DNA of 64,000 bases from Antedon mediterranea (taxonomy: Eukaryota; Animalia; Echinodermata), in NCBI RefSeq assembly GCF_964355755.1, contig NC_092676.1, forward strand, positions 12,820,771-12,884,770, in the 5' to 3' direction. The first letter of the stretch is position 1. Each line of letters begins with the position of its first letter. The translations under genes were made by a program, and so were the position numbers. Below the pieces are notes generated by a model, which did no database searches, was not told the origin of the DNA, and saw only the letters and a list, made by a program, of their open reading frames with translations. This document shows, one piece after another, positions 10,101-24,400 of the stretch.

Positions 10101-12486
10101 TGCATTTCGATAAAACTTTTCACACAAAAACATCAAATTGCACAAAATCGTTTTAAACCATTTTAAATCGTTTTAAACCATTTTGAGCATTTCGATAAAA
10201 CTTTTCACAAAAAACATCAAAGTGCACAGAATAGCTTCAAATTGCATTTGGAGACGTTTTAGAGCATTTTGTGCATTTCGATAAAATGTGTTAACATAAA
10301 AAGACCAAAGTGTTTAGAATATCTTCAAATCACATTTGGAGACGTTTTAGACCATTTTTTGCATTTCGATGAAACTTGGTTACACAAAAACATCAAAGTG
10401 CTTAAAATCACATTTGAAACCGTTTTAGAGCATTTTGAGCATTTCGATAAAACTTTTCACACAAAAACATCAAAGTGTACAAAATAGCTTCAAATCGCAT
10501 TTAGAGACGTTTTAGACCATTTTGTGCATTTCGAAAAAATTTGTTAACATAAAAAGACCAAAGTGTTTAGAATATCTCCAAATCGCATTTGGAGACGTTT
10601 TAGACCATTTTGTGCATTTCGATGAAACTTGGTTACACAAAAACATCAAAGTGCTTAAAATAAAAAAAAATGATTTTCACACAAAAACATCAAAGTGTAC
10701 AAAATAGCTTCAAATCGCATTTGGAGACGTTTTAGACCATTTTGTGCATTTCGATGAAACTTGGTTACACAAAAACATCAAAGTGCTTAAAATCACATTT
10801 GAAACCGTTTTAGACCATTTTGAGCATTTCGATAAAACTTTTCACACAAAAAAATCAAAGTGCACAAAATAGCTTCAAATCGCATTTGGGGACGTTTTAG
10901 ACTATTTTGTGCATTTCGAAAAAAATTGTTAACATAAAAAGACCAAAGTGTTTAGAATATCTCCAAATCGCATTTGGAGACGTTTTAAACCATTTTGTGC
11001 ATTTCGATGGAACTTGGTTACACAAAAACATCAAAGTGCTTAAAATCACATTTAAAACCGTTTTAGAGCATTTTTAGCATTTCGATAAAACTTTTCACAC
11101 AAAAACATCAAAGTGTACAAAATAGCTTCAAATCGCATTTAGAGAGGTTTTAGACAATTTTGTGCATTTCGATAAAACTTTTCACACAAAAACATCAAAG
11201 TGTACAAAATAGCTTCAAATTGCATTTAGAGACGTTTTAGACCATTTTGTGCATTTCGATAAAACTTTTCACACAAAAACATAAAATTGCACAAAATCGT
11301 TTTAAACCATTTTAAATCGTTTTAAACCATTTTGAGCATGTCGATAAAACTTTTCACAAAAAACATCAAAGTGCACAGAATAGCTTCAAATTGCATTTGG
11401 AGACGTTTTAGAGCATTTTGTGCATTTCGATAAAATGTGTTAACATAAAAAGACCAAAGTGTTTAGAATATCTTCAAATCACATTTGGAGACGTTTTAGA
11501 CCATTTTTTGCATTTCGATGAAACTTGGTTACACAAAAACATCAAAGTGCTTAAAATCACATTTGAAACCGTTTTAGAGCATTTTGAGCATTTCGATAAA
11601 ACTTTTCACACAAAAACATCAAAGTGTACAAAATAGCTTCAAATCGCATTTAGAGACGTTTTAGACCATTTTTTGCATTTCGATGAAACTTGGTTACACA
11701 AAAACATCAAAGTGCTTAAAATCACATTTAAAACCGTTTTAGAGCATTTTTAGCATTTCGATAAAACTTTTCACACAAAAACATCAAAGTGTACAAAATA
11801 GCTTCAAATCGCATTTAGAGAGGTTTTAGACAATTTTGTGCATTTCGATAAAACTTTTCACACAAAAACATCAAAGTGTACAAAATAGCTTCAAATTGCA
11901 TTTAGAGACGTTTTAGACCATTTTGTGCATTTCGATAAAACTTTTCACACAAAAACATCAAATTGCACAAAATCGTTTTAAACCATTTTAAATCGTTTTA
12001 AACCATTTTGAGCATTTCGATAAAACTTTTCACAAAAAACATCAAAGTGCACAGAATAGCTTCAAATTGCATTTGGAGACGTTTTAGAGCATTTTGTGCA
12101 TTTCGATAAAATGTGTTAACATAAAAAGACCAAAGTGTTTAGAATATCTTCAAATCACATTTGGAGACGTTTTAGACCATTTTTTGCATTTCGATGAAAC
12201 TTGGTTACACAAAAACATCAAAGTGCTTAAAATCACATTTGAAACCGTTTTAGAGCATTTTGAGCATTTCGATAAAACTTTTCACACAAAAACATCAAAG
12301 TGTACAAAATAGCTTCAAATCGCATTTAGAGACGTTTTAGACCATTTTGTGCATTTCGAAAAAATTTGTTAACATAAAAAGACCAAAGTGTTTAGAATAT
12401 CTCCAAATCGCATTTGGAGACGTTTTAGACCATTTTGTGCATTTCGATGAAACTTGGTTACACAAAAACATCAAAGTGCTTAAAAT
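7024..12486 (+). repeat. Three tandem copies of a 1825-bp, 22-monomer higher-order repeat
   Basis: ORF offsets 7768->9593->11418, 8444->10269->12094 and 8697->10522 are all 1825; junctions are marked by the A9-TGA scar at 8837 and 10662. Confidence 0.92.
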
Positions 12487-15400
12487 CACATTTGAAACCG
12501 TTTTAGAGCATTTTTAGCATTTCGATAATACTTTTCACACAAAAACATCAAAGTGTACAAAATAGCTTCAAATCGCATTTGGAGACGTTTTAGACCATTT
12601 TGTGCATTTCGATGAAACTTGGTTACACAAAAACATCAAAGTGCTTAAAATCACATTTGAAACCGTTTTAGACCATTTTGAGCATTTCGATAAAACTTTT
12701 CACACAAAAAAATCAAAGTGCACAAAATAGCTTCAAATCGCATTTGGAGACGTTTTAGACTATTTTGTGCATTTTGAAAAAATTTGTTAACATAAAAAGA
12801 CCAAAGTGTTTAGAATATCTCCAAATCGCATTTGGAGACGTTTTAAACCATTTTGTGCATTTCGATGGAACTTGGTTACACAAAAACATCAAAGTGCTTA
12901 AAATCACATTTAAAACCGTTTTAGAGCATTTTGAGCATTTCGATAAAACTTTTCACACAAAAACATCAAAGTGTACAAAATAGCTTCAAATCGCATTTAG
13001 AGACGTTTTAGACCATTTTGTGCATTTCGATAAAACTTTTCACACAAAAACATCAAATTGCACAAATAGCTTAATACCGTGTTTGAAATCGTTTTAAACC
13101 ATTTTGAGCATGTCGATAAAACTTTTCACAAAAAAACATCAAAGTGCACAGAATAGCTTCAAATCGCATTTGGAGACGTTTTAAACCATTTTGTGCATTT
13201 CGATAAAACTTTTCACATAAAAACAACAAAGTGTACAAAATAGCTTCAAATCGCATTTGGAGACGTTTTAGACCATTTTGTGCATTTCGATGAAACTCAT
13301 CAAAGTGCTTAAAATCACATTTGAAACCGTTTTAGAGCATTTTGAGCATTTCGATAAAACTTTTCACACAAAAACATCAAAGTGTACAAAATAGCTTCAA
13401 ATCACATTTGAAACCGTTTTAGACCATATTGAGCATTTCGATAAAACTTTTCACACAAAAACATCAAAGTGTACAAAATAGCTTCAAATCGCATTTGGAG
13501 ACGTTTTAGACCATTTTGTGTATTTCGATGAAACTTGGTTACACAAAAACATCAAAGTGCTTAAAATCACATTTGAAAGCGTTTTAGAGCATTTTTAGCA
13601 TTTCGATAATACTTTTCACACAAAAACATCAAAGTGTACAAAATAGCTTCAAATCGCATTTGGAGACGTTTTAGACCATTTTGTGCATTTCGATGAAACT
13701 TGGTTACACAAAAACATCAAAGTGCTTAAAATCACATTTAAAACAGTTTTAGAGCATTTTGAGCATTTCGATAAAACTTTTCACACAAAAACATCAAAGT
13801 GTACAAAATAGCTTCAAATCGCATTTAAAGAGGTTTTAGACCATTTTGTGCATTTCGATAAAACTTTTCACACAAAAACATCAAAGTGTACAAAATAGCT
13901 TCAAATCGCATTTAGAGACGTTTTAGACCATCTTGTGCATTTCGATAAAACTTTTCACACAAAAACATCAAATTGCACAAAATAGCTTAATATCGTGTTT
14001 GAAAACGTTTTAAACCATTTTGAGCATGTCGATAAAACTTTTCACACAAAAATATCAAAGTGCACAGAATATCTTCAAATCGCATTTAGAGACGTTTTAG
14101 ACCATTTTGTGCATTTCGAAAAAATTTGTTAACATAAAAAGACCAAAGTGTTTAGAATATCTCCAAATCGCATTTGGAGACGTTTTAGACCATTTTGTGC
14201 ATTTCAATGAAACTTGGTTACACAAAAACATCAAAGTGCTTAAAATCACATTTGAAACCGTTTTAGAGCATTTTTAGCATTTCGATAATACTTTTCACAC
14301 AAAAACATCAAAGTGTACAAAATAGCTTCAAATCGCATTTAGAGAGGTTTTAGACCATTTTGGGCATTTCGATAAAACTTTTCACACAAAAACATCAAAG
14401 TGTACAAAATAGCTTCAAATCGCATTTAGAGACGTTTTAGACCATTTTGTGCATTTCGATAAAACTTTTCACACAAAAACATCAAATTGCACAAAATAGC
14501 TTAATACCGTGTTTGAAATCGTTTTAAACCATTTTGAGCATGTCGATAAAACTTTTCACAAAAAAACATCAAAGTGCACAGAATAGCTTCAAATCGCATT
14601 TGGAGACGTTTTAAACCATTTTGAGCATTTCGATAAAACTTTTCACACAAAAACATCAAAGTGTACAAAATAGCTTCAAATCGCATTTAGAGAGGTTTTA
14701 GACCATTTTGTGCATTTCGATAAAACTTTTCACACAAAAACATCAAATTGCACAAAATAGCTTAATATCGTGTTTGAAAACGTTTTAAACCATTTTGAGC
14801 ATGTCGATAAAACTTTTCACACAAAAATATCAAAGCGCACAGAATATCTTCAAATCGCATTTAGAGACGTTTTAGAGCATTTTGTGCATTTCGAAAAAAT
14901 TTGTTAACATAAAAAGACCAAAGTGTTTAGAATATCTCCAAATCGCATTTGGAGACGTTTTAGACCATTTTGTGCATTTCGATGAAACTTGATTACACAA
15001 AAACATCAAAGTGCTTAAAATCACATTTAAAACCGTTTTAGAGCGTTTTGAGCATTTCGATAAACTTTTCACACAAAAACATCAAAGTGCACAAAATAGC
15101 TTCAAATCGCATTTAGAGATGTTTTAGACCATTTTGTGCATTTCGATAAAACTTTTCACACAAAAACATCAAATTGCACAAAATAGCTTAATATCGTGTT
15201 TGAAATCGTTTTAAACCATTTTGAGCATGTCGATAAAACTTTTCACACAAAAACATCAAAGTGCACAGAATATCTTCAAATCGCATTTAGAGACGTTTTA
15301 GACCATTTTGTGCATTTCGAAAAAATTTGTTAACATAAAAAGACCAAAGTGTTTAGAATATCTCCAAATCGCATTTGGAGACGTTTTAGACCATTTTGTG

Positions 15401-18400
15401 CATTTCGATGAAACTTGGTTACACAAAAACATCAAAGTGCTTAAAATCACATTTGAAACAGTTTTAGAGCATTTTGAGCATTTCGATAAAACTTTTCACA
15501 CAAAAACATCAAAGTGTACAAAATAGCTTCAAATCACATTTGAAACCGTTTTAGACCATTTTGAGCATTTCGATAAAACTTTTCACACAAAAACATCAAA
15601 GTGTACAAAATAGCTTCAAATCGCATTTGGAGACGTTTTAGACCATTTTGTGCATTTCGATGAAACTTGGTTACACAAAAACATCAAAGTGCTTAAAATC
15701 ACATTTGAAACCGTTTTAGACCATTTTGAGCATTTCGATAAAACTTTTCACACAAAAAAATCAAAGTGCACAAAATAGCTTCAAATCGCATTTGGAGACG
15801 TTTTAGACTATTTTGTGCATTTCGAAAAAATTTGTTAACATAAAAAGACCAAAGTGTTTAGAATATCTCCAAATCGCATTTGGAGACGTTTTAAACCATT
15901 TTGTGCATTTCGATGGAACTTGGTTACACAAAAACATCAAAGTGCTTAAAATCACATTTAAAACCGTTTTAGAGCATTTTGAGCATTTCGATAAAACTTT
16001 TCACACAAAAACATCAAAGTGTACAAAATAGCTTCAAATCGCATTTAGAGACGTTTTAGACCATTTTGTGCATTTTGATAAAACTTTTCACACAAAAACA
16101 TCAAATTGCACAAAATAGCTTAATATTGTGTTTGAAAACGTTTTAAACCATTTTGAGCATGTCGATAAAACTTTTCACACAAAAATATCAAAGTGCCCAG
16201 AATATCTTCAAATCGCATTTAGAGACGTTTTAGACCATTTTGTGCATTTCGAAAAAATTTGTTAACATAAAAAGACCAAAGTGTTTAGATTATCTCCAAA
16301 TCGCATTTGGAGACGTTTTAGACCATTTTGTGTTTTTCGAAAAAACTTTTCACACAAAAACATCAAAGTGTACAAAATTGCTTCAAATCGCATTTAGAGA
16401 GGTTTTAGACCATTTTGTGCATTTCGATAAAACTTTTCACACAAAAACATCAAAGTGCACAGAATATCTTAATACCGTGTCTGAAATCGTTTTAAACCAT
16501 TTTGAGCATGTCGATAAAACTTTTCACACAAAAACATCAAAGTGCACAGAATATCTTCAAATCGCATTTAGAGACGTTTTAGACCATTTTGTGCATTTCG
16601 AAAAAATTTGTTAACATAAAAAGACCAAAGTGTTTAGAATATCTCCAAATCGCATTTGGAGACGTTTTAGACCATTTTGTGCATTTCGATGAAACTTGGT
16701 TACACAAAAACATCAAAGTGCTTAAAATCACATTTGAAACCGTTTTAGAGCATTTTGAGCATTTCGATAAAACTTTTCACACAAAAACATCAAAGTGTAC
16801 AAAATAGCTTCAAATCACATTTGAAACCGTTTTAGACCATTTTGAGCATTTCGATAAAACTTTTCACACAAAAACATCAAAGTGTACAGAATAACTTCAA
16901 ATCGCATTTGGAGACGTTTTAGACCATTTTGTGCATTTCGATGAAACTTGGTTACACAAAAACATCAAAGTGCTTAAAATCACATTTGAAACCGTTTTAG
17001 AGCATTTTTAACATTTCGATAATACTTTTCACACAAAAACATCAAAGTGTACAAAATAGCTTCAAATCGCATTTGGAGACGTTTTAGACCATTTTGTGCA
17101 TTTCGATGAAACTTGGTTACACAAAAACATCAAAGTGCTTAAAATCACATTTGAAACCGTTTTAGAGCATTTTGAGCATTTCGATAAAACTTTTCACACA
17201 AAAAAATCAAAGTGCACAAAATAGCTTCAAATCGCATTTGGAGAGGTTTTAGACCATTTTGTGCATTTCGATAAAACTTTTCACACAAAAACATCAAAGT
17301 GTACAAAATAGCTTCAAATCGCATTTAGAGACGTTTTAGACCATTTTGTGCATTTCGATGAAACTTGGTTACACAAAAACATCAAAGTGCTTAAAATCAC
17401 ATTTAAAACCGTTTTAGAGCGTTTTGAGCATTTCGATAAACTTTTTACACAAAAACATCAAAGTGCACAAAATAGCTTCAAATCGCATTTAGGGATGTTT
17501 TAGACCATTTTGTGCATTTCGATAAAACTTTTCACACAAAAACATCAAATTGCACAAAATAGCTTAATACCGTGTTTGAAATCATTTTAAACCATTTTGA
17601 GCATGTCGATAAAACTTTTCACACAAAAATATCAAAGTGCCCAGAATATCTTCAAATCGCATTTAGAGACGTTTTAGACCATTTTGTGCATTTCGAAAAA
17701 ATTTGTTAACATAAAAAGACCAAAGTGTTTAGATTATCTCCAAATCGCATTTGGAGACGTTTTAGACCATTTTGTGTTTTTCGAAAAAACTTTTCACACA
17801 AAAACATCAAAGTGTACAAAATTGCTTCAAATCGCATTTAGAGAGGTTTTAGACCATTTTGTGCATTTCGATAAAACTTTTCACACAAAAACATCAAAGT
17901 GCACAGAATATCTTAATACCGTGTCTGAAATCGTTTTAAACCATTTTGAGCATGTCGATAAAACTTTTAACACAAAAACATCAAAGTGCACAGAATATCT
18001 TCAAATCGCATTTAGAGACGTTTTAGACCATTTTGTGCATTTCGATGAAACTTGGTTACACAAAAACATCAAAGTGCTTAAAATCACATTTGAAACCGTT
18101 TTAGAGCATTTTTAGCATTTCGATAATACTTTTCACACAAAAACATCAAAGTGTACAAAATAGCTTCAAATCGCATTTGGAGACGTTTTAGACCATTTTG
18201 TGCATTTCGATGAAACTTGGTTACACAAAAACATCAAAGTGCTTAAAATCACATTTGAAACCGTTTTAGACCATTTAGAGCATTTCGATAAAACTTTTCA
18301 CACAAAAAAATCAAAGTGCACAAAATAGCTTCAAATCGCATTTGGGGACGTTTTAGACTATTTTGTGCATTTCGAAAAAAATTGTTAACATAAAAAGACC

Positions 18401-21400
18401 AAAGTGTTTAGAATATCTCCAAATCGCATTTGGAGACGTTTTAAACCATTTTGTGCATTTCGATGGAACTTGGTTACACAAAAACATCAAAGTGCTTAAA
18501 ATCACATTTAAAACCGTTTTAGAGCATTTTTAGCATTTCGATAAAACTTTTCACACAAAAACATCAAAGTGTACAAAATAGCTTCAAATCGCATTTAGAG
18601 AGGTTTTAGACAATTTTGTGCATTTCGATAAAACTTTTCACACAAAAACATCAAAGTGTACAAAATAGCTTCAAATTGCATTTAGAGACGTTTTAGACCA
18701 TTTTGTGCATTTCGATAAAACTTTTCACACAAAAACATAAAATTGCACAAAATCGTTTTAAACCATTTTAAATCGTTTTAAACCATTTTGAGCATGTCGA
18801 TAAAACTTTTCACAAAAAACATCAAAGTGCACAGAATAGCTTCAAATTGCATTTGGAGACGTTTTAGAGCATTTTGTGCATTTCGATAAAATGTGTTAAC
18901 ATAAAAAGACCAAAGTGTTTAGAATATCTTCAAATCACATTTGGAGACGTTTTAGACCATTTTTTGCATTTCGATGAAACTTGGTTACACAAAAACATCA
19001 AAGTGCTTAAAATCACATTTGAAACCGTTTTAGAGCATTTTGAGCATTTCGATAAAACTTTTCACACAAAAACATCAAAGTGTACAAAATAGCTTCAAAT
19101 CGCATTTAGAGACGTTTTAGACCATTTTTTGCATTTCGATGAAACTTGGTTACACAAAAACATCAAAGTGCTTAAAATCACATTTAAAACCGTTTTAGAG
19201 CATTTTTAACATTTCGATAAAACTTTTCACACAAAAACATCAAAGTGTACAAAATAGCTTCAAATCGCATTTAGAGAGGTTTTAGACAATTTTGTGCATT
19301 TCGATAAAACTTCTCACACAAAAACATCAAAGTGTACAAAATAGCTTCAAATTGCATTTAGAGACGTTTTAGACCATTTTGTGCATTTCGATAAAACTTT
19401 TCACACAAAAACATCAAATTGCACAAAATCGTTTTAAACCATTTTAAATCGTTTTAAACCATTTTGAGCATTTCGATAAAACTTTTCACAAAAAACATCA
19501 AAGTGTTTAGAATATCTTCAAATCACATTTGGAGACGTTTTAGACCATTTTTTGCATTTCGATGAAACTTGGTTACACAAAAACATCAAAGTGCTTAAAA
19601 TCACATTTGAAACCGTTTTAGAGCATTTTGAGCATTTCGATAAAACTTTTCACACAAAAACATCAAAGTGTACAAAATAGCTTCAAATCGCATTTAGAGA
19701 CGTTTTAGACCATTTTGTGCATTTCGAAAAAATTTGTTAACATAAAAAGACCAAAGTGTTTAGAATATCTCCAAATCGCATTTGGAGACGTTTTAGACCA
19801 TTTTGTGCATTTCGATGAAACTTGGTTACACAAAAACATCAAAGTGCTTAAAATCACATTTGAAACCGTTTTAGAGCATTTTTAGCATTTCGATAATACT
19901 TTTCACACAAAAACATCAGTGTACAAAATAGCTTCAAATCGCATTTGGAGACGTTTTAGACCATTTTGTGCATTTCGATGAAACTTGGTTACACAAAAAC
20001 ATCAAAGTGCTTAAAATCACATTTGAAACCGTTTTAGACCATTTTGAGCATTTCGATAAGACTTTTCACACAAAAAAATCAAAGTGCACAAAATAGCTTC
20101 AAATCGCATTTGGAGACGTTTTAGACTATTTTGTGCATTTTGAAAAAATTTGTTAACATAAAAAGACCAAAGTGTTTAGAATATCTCCAAATCGCATTTG
20201 GAGACGTTTTAAACCATTTTGTGCATTTCGATGGAACTTGGTTACACAAAAACATCAAAGTGCTTAAAATCACATTTAAAACCGTTTTAGAGCATTTTGA
20301 GCATTTCGATAAAACTTTTCACACAAAAACATCAAAGTGTACAAAATAGCTTCAAATCGCATTTAGAGAGGTTTTAGACCATTTTGTGCATTTCGATAAA
20401 ACTTTTCACACAAAAACATCAAAGTGTACAAAATAGCTTCAAATCGCATTTAGAGACGTTTTAGACCATTTTGTGCATTTCGATAAAACTTTTCACACAA
20501 AAACACCAAATTGCACAAAATAGCTTAATACCGTGTTTGAAATCGTTTTAAACCATTTTGAGCATGTCGATAAAACTTTTCACAAAAAAACATCAAAGTG
20601 CACAGAATAGCTTCAAATCGCATTTGGAGACGTTTTAAACCATTTTGAGCATTTCGATAAAACTTTTCACACAAAAACATCAAAGTGTACAAAATAGCTT
20701 CAAATCGCATTTAGAGAGGTTTTAGACCATTTTGTGCATTTCGATAAAACTTTTCACACAAAAACATCAAATTGCACAAAATAGCTTAATATCGTGTTTG
20801 AAAACGTTTTAAACCATTTTGAGCATGTCGATAAAACTTTTCACACAAAAATATCAAAGCGCACAGAATATCTTCAAATCGCATTTAGAGACGTTTTAGA
20901 CCATTTTGTGCATTTCGAAAATATTTGTTAACATAAAAAGACCAAAGCGTTTAGAATATCTCCAAATCGCATTTGGAGACGTTTTAGACCATTTTGTGCA
21001 TTTCGATGAAACTTGGTTACACAAAAACATCAAAGTGCTTAAAATCACATTTAAAACCGTTTTAGAGCGTTTTGAGCATTTCGATAAACTTTTCACACAA
21101 AAACATCAAAGTGCACAAAATAGCTTCAAATCGCATTTAGAGATGTTTTAGACCATTTTGTGCATTTCGATAAAACTTTTCACACAAAAACATCAAATTG
21201 CACAAAATAGCTTAATACCGTGTTTGAAATCGTTTTAAACCATTTTGAGCATGTCGATAAAACTTTTCACACAAAAACATCAAAGTGTACAAAATAGCTT
21301 CAAATCGCATTTAGAGAGGTTTTAGACCATTTTGTGCATTTCGATAAAACTTTTCACACAAAAACATCAAAGTGTACAAAATAGCTTCAAATCGCATTTG

Positions 21401-24400
21401 GAGACGTTTTAGACCATTTTGTGCATTTCGATGAAACTTGGTTACACAAAAACATCAAAGTGCTTAAAATTACATTTGAAAGCGTTTTAGAGCATTTTGA
21501 GCATTTCGATAATACTTTTCACACAAAAACATCAAAGTGTACAAAATAGCTTCAAATCGCATTTGGAGACGTTTTAGACCATTTTGTGCATTTCGATGAA
21601 ACTTGGTTACACAAAAACATCAAAGTGCTTAAAATCACATTTGAAACCGTTTTAGACCATTTTGAGCGTTTCGATAAAACTTTTCACACAAAAATATCAA
21701 AGTGCACAGAATATCTTCAAATCGCATTTAGAGACGTTTTAGACCATTTTGTGCATTTCGAAAAAATTTGTTAACATAAAAAGACCAAAGTGTTTAGAAT
21801 ATCTCCAAATCGCATTTGGAGACGTTTTAGACCATTTTGTGTTTTTCGAAAAAACTTTTCACACAAAAACATCAAAGTGTACAAAATTGCTTCAAATCGC
21901 ATTTGGAGACGTATTAGACCATTTTGTGATTTTCGAAAAACTTTTCACACAAAAACATCAAAGTGTAGAAAATTGCTTCAAATCACATTTAGAGACGTTT
22001 TAGACCATTTTGTGCATTTCGAAAAAATTTGTTAACATAAAAAGACCAAAGTGTTTAGAATATTTCCAAATCGCATTTGGAGACGTTTTAGACCATTTTG
22101 TGCATTTCGATGAAACTTGGTTACACAAAAACATCAAAGTGCTTAAAATCACATTTAAAACCGTTTTAGAGCGTTTTGAGCATTTCGATAAACTTTTCAC
22201 ACAAAAACATCAAAGTGCACAAAATAGCATTTAGAGATGTTTTAGACCATTTTGTGCATTTCGATAAAACTTTTCACACAAAAACATCAAATTGCACAAA
22301 AAAGCTTAATACCGTGTCTGAAATCGTTTTAAACCATTTTGAGCATGTCGATAAAACTTTTCACACAAAAACATCAAAGTGCACAGAATATCTTCAAATC
22401 GCATTTAGAGACGTTTTAGACCATTTTGTGCATTTCGAAAAAATTTGTTAACATAAAAAGACCAAAGTGTTTAGAATATCTCCAAATCGCATTTGGAGAC
22501 GTTTTAGACCATTTTGTGCATTTCGATGAAACTTGGTTACACAAAAACATCAAAGTGCTTAAAATCACATTTGAAACCGTTTTAGAGAATTTTGAGCATT
22601 TCGATAAAACTTTTCACACAAAAACATCAAAGTGTACAAAATAGCTTCAAATCACATTTGAAACCGTTTTAGACCATTTTGAGCATTTCGATAAAACTTT
22701 TCACACAAAAACATCAAAGTGTACAAAATAGCTTCAAATCGCATTTGGAGACGTTTTAGACCATTTTGTGCATTTCGATGAAACTTGGTTACACAAAAAC
22801 ATCAAAGTGCTTAAAATCACATTTGAAATCGTTTTAGACCATTTTGAGCATTTCGATAAAACTTTTCACACAAAAAAATCAAAGTGCACAAAATAGCTTC
22901 AAATCGCATTTGGAGACGTTTTAGACTATTTTGTGCATTTCGAAAAAATTTGTTAACATAAAAAGACCAAAGTGTTTAGAATATCTCCAAATCGCATTTG
23001 GAGACGTTTTAAACCATTTTGTGCATTTCGATGGAACTTGGTTACACAAAAACATCAAAGTGCTTAAAATCACATTTGAAACCGTTTTAGAGCATTTTTA
23101 GCATTTCGATAATACTTTTCACACAAAAACATCAAAGTGTACAAAATAGCTTCAAATCGCATTTGGAGACGTTTTAGACCATTTTGTGCATTTCGATGAA
23201 ACTTGGTTACACAAAAACATCAAAGTGCTTAAAATCACATTTGAAATCGTTTTAGACCATTTTGAGCATTTCGATAAAACTTTTCACACAAAAAAATCAA
23301 AGTGCACAAAATAGCTTCAAATCGCATTTGGAGACGTTTTAGACTATTTTGTGCATTTCGAAAAAATTTGTTAACATAAAAAGACCAAAGTGTTTAGAAA
23401 ATCTCCAAATCGCATTTGGAGACGTTTTAAACCATTTTGTGCATTTCGATGGAACTTGGTTACACAAAAACATCAAAGTGCTTAAAATCACATTTAAAAC
23501 CGTTTTAGAGCATTTTGAGCATTTCGATCAAACTTTTCACACAAAAACATCAAAGTGTACAAAATAACTTCAAATCGCATTTAGAGACGTTTTAGACCAT
23601 TTTGTGCATTTTGGTAAAACTTTTCACACAAAAACATCAAATTGCACAAAATAGCTTAATATCGTGTTTGAAAACGTTTTAAACCATTTTGAGCATGTCG
23701 ATAAAACTTTTCACATAAAAATATCAAAGTGCACAGAATAGCTTCAAATCGCATTTGGAGACGTTTTAGACCATTTTGTGCATTTTGGTAAAACTTTTCA
23801 CACAAAAACATCAAATTGCACAAAATAGCTTAATATCGTGTTTGAAAACGTTTTAAACCATTTTGAGCATGTCGATAAAACTTTTCACTCAAAAATATCA
23901 AAGTGCACAGAATATCTTCAAATCGCATTTAGAGACGTTTTAGACCATTTTGTGCATTTTGAAAAAATTTGTTAACATAAAAAGTCCAAAGTGTTTAGAA
24001 TATCTCCAAATCGCATTTTGAGACGTTTTAGACCATTTTGTGTTTTTCGAAAAAACTTTTCACACAAAAACATCAAAGTGTACAAAATTGCTTCAAATCG
24101 CATTTGGAGACGTTTTAGACCATTTTGTGCGTTTCGATGAATCTTTGTTACACAAAAACATCAAAGTGCTTAAAATCACATTTAAAACCGTTTTAGTGCA
24201 TTTTGAGCATTTCGATAAAACTTTTCACACAAAAACATCAAAGTGCACAAAATAGCTTCAAATCGCATTTAGAGATGTTTTAGACCATTTTGTGCGTTTC
24301 GATAAAACTTTTCACACAAAAACATCAAATTGCACAAAATAGCTTAATATCGTGTTTGAAAACGTTTTAGACCATTTTGAGCATGTCGATAAAACTTTTC

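Noticed and set aside
16240-18115. Longest ORFs with 29-aa Cys/His periodicity resembling a zinc-finger or ankyrin repeat protein
   Set aside because: There is no C-x2-4-C...H-x3-5-H spacing or TGEKP linker; the 29-aa period is simply 87/3.
19911-19925. 2-bp deletion (catcagtg) and other single-copy 1-bp homopolymer changes
   Set aside because: Cannot be distinguished from sequencing or consensus error without reads.
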